From: Azolla caroliniana
Taxonomy: Eukaryota > Plantae > Polypodiophyta
Reading direction: 5' to 3'
DNA length: 64,000 nt
Assembly: GCA_043228905.1 (NCBI GenBank)
Contig: JBHGNT010000009.1
Span: 14,942,001 to 15,006,000, forward strand
Positions 61,955 through 64,000 of this stretch are shown piece by piece. How positions within the stretch are numbered: the first letter of the stretch is position 1; each line of letters begins with the position of its first letter. The translations under genes and the position numbers were made by a program. The notes beneath the pieces are model-generated. The model was not told where the DNA came from and made no database searches. It saw nothing but the letters and a program-made list of their open reading frames with translations.

Positions 61955-64000
61955 AAGATTCACCGACACGTAGAAGCGAGAAAGAGAGAAACAGAATGTA
62001 ACAGTTAAATATAATGACAACGATTACAAACTCCGACAGTTACAACCGATAAGGCGGCAACGGGCCCGACACGGGGACCCTACTCACACACACAGATGAC
62101 GGTCACCGATTCAAAGAAAACAAAGGGGGGAAGGGGAGAGACTCTGCCGGAAGCACACGGGCTGTCCACGAAGAAGAGGCAGCGACCTCCCGACACCCGC
62201 AGAGAGCGACGATTCGAGACGAAGAGAGAGAGCTCCGCCTTTCGTTCTGCAGCAACATCCCTCTCCCTCCTCGCGCGCGATATCCTCTTTTCTTTCTCCT
62301 CTTGCCTTTTATCCCCTGTCCCCCTTTGGGATACACACAATCCCCTCTAATAAATGTGTGTGGCTTAGTAGTCACATCCACCGGTTCGCGTACAAAGTAT
62401 CCAGTCACGCGTCCATCCGTGTAGGGGCCGGTTTACGCGCTTTCTCTCCGATTCCGCCTATGGCCGGTTTTCTTCACGACAACGGTCTTCATGAGATATT
62501 AGAGTTTGGTCAGCCCCATGGTTGTACTTAAGGGGGGGGGTACGTTATTAATGTCTATGTCGTTTGCAAGTAACCAACTCACCACGGTGCTATACCAAGA
62601 GCTAGTGTCTCCAGACGCATGTAGGGATCGAGATGCCTCAAAGGCTGGACGAGATATCCTATCTTGTGGTTGTCTATGTATCCAATGAATAAAAACTACC
62701 ACTTGAAATAGTGCTTTTACTAACATCGGGGGCAGACTGAACTCGGCTCTAATAATGTCATGTGGTACTGTCGATTTGCTTCGGCGTTGACGTGATAACA
62801 TCATCACCAAAGGTCTCTCTAATTGCGTCCACATGAAAGATGGTAGACCTGGAGCCCATACCACTGATGCATACATGAGGGAAGGGGTCACTAATGAGTC
62901 GAAGAGCCATCCCTTAGTTTGTGGCTCTTGAAAGTATGCCTGGTGGCATTGTCTCTCTAAGAGTGAGAGGGTTGCATACCCTCTCGTTAGCCTATCTTTG
63001 GCTGCCTGGGTCATCGAGAATTTACGTGAGCGAGCACTAAAAGTGACTCCCAAGTATACATATGATCCAACTACCTCAACTAGTTTATGAAAGAGGATTA
63101 GGTGACATTTACTCCTAACTTGGGACGATGTATGAAAGATAAGGACTTTAGTTTTCACTAGATTCACTACCCAGTCTTCGTTGTGTAGAAAAGTCATCTA
63201 GGGCATTAAGATGCTTTTGTAGGTCGTGTTCTGACTCCGAGCACAAGACAATGTCGTCTGCGTAGCATACGAGACTAACTTGTGTATCTCCAATAGCTAC
63301 TCCCTTGCCTCCCTTACAAGCAATAAAATCAGTGATCTCATAAATGTAGATCCCAAAAAGAGTTGGTGATAGGGGGCAACGCTGTTTTACACCAATGGTG
63401 CTAGTGAAACAATCAGATAGGCCACCTGGGCATCTTACGCACCCAAAGACTTGCTCATATAGGGCATAAATGGCCAAGATCATGTTATTTGGTATCTCCA
63501 AGCTCTTAAGTCTATCAAACAACCTCTCCTTAGGAATTGTGTCAAAGGCTTTGTGGAAGTCAACAAAGCAACAATATAGTTTCTTCTTACGAGCCTTCGT
63601 CTGGTCAATTAAGCACCTAAGTGTAAAGATATGGTCAATAGTAGAGAAGGCTCGTCTAAAGCCAAACTGCTCAGGTGCTCGAAAACTTAATGTTTCTATA
63701 TAATCGCTAAGCTCCGCTTCCATTACCTCACCATATAGTTTAGCGAGCGTATGGCCTATCATAATGGTCTTTTATGTATTTGGGTCTATTGGGTCCCCTC
63801 CTTTTTGTATAGGGGCCACTATGTTCATGGTCCGTTGTGGAGGAAAACCCTTGGCGAGGGCGCGGTTGAAGATTAGAGTGAGAAAGAGGGCTAGGGACTC
63901 TCAAGCATATATGATGTGCTCAGCTCGCAATCCTGTGTGGTCCATGGATTTCCTATGTTGTAATTTTTTTATGACCTTCATGACCCTAGAGGTCGTGAAA

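Larger units (their letters stand above)
55443..62481 (-). mobile_element. Full-length Ty3/gypsy, LTRs 55443-56062 and 61796-62481, 4-bp TSD ACGG
   Basis: TGTCG...CACGACA LTR pair; ACGG at 55439-55442 and 62482-62485; G-rich PPT rc at 56063-56075; gag-PR, then RT-RH-INT. Confidence 0.95.
54918..64000 (-). mobile_element. Second non-L1 LINE (RT and C-terminal CCHC), degenerate, split by the Gypsy at 55443-62481, runs off the window end
   Basis: FVDFHKAFD, GVKQRCPLSP, YADD (63148-63762); YVYLGV (62499-63197); LRISSHQLEIENGR..CRLC..EDEYHFTCKC (54918-55415). Confidence 0.88.

Noticed and set aside
61649-62020. ER-repeat and LS-repeat ORFs (also 19428-19724 and 17332-17658)
   Set aside because: Translated (GA)n/(CT)n microsatellites.

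Overview
Land-plant nuclear DNA, probably a fern or other seed-free plant (inferred from the repeat families). About 80% of the window is nested, mostly decayed retrotransposons around one host gene, Pur-alpha (PURA1-like; minus strand, 5 coding exons, ~277 aa, 45324-53781). Resolved elements: four copies of one Ty1/copia family, two Tnt1-like copia relics, a chromovirus-type Gypsy relic, two full-length non-chromoviral Gypsy elements (32114-41515, TSD ATGAT; 55443-62481, TSD ACGG), two solo LTRs and three non-L1 LINE copies. Main observations: (1) the 32-41 kb Gypsy has no polypurine tract but has a sense copy of its primer tRNA's 3' end at that position; (2) one LINE family inserted twice, head-to-tail, into the same (CT)n microsatellite; (3) the 55-62 kb Gypsy is tRNA-Trp-primed, has a 4-bp TSD and has a -1 frameshift site after the protease. 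All calls were made by eye; tRNA matches rely on recalled plant tRNA sequences and need checking.
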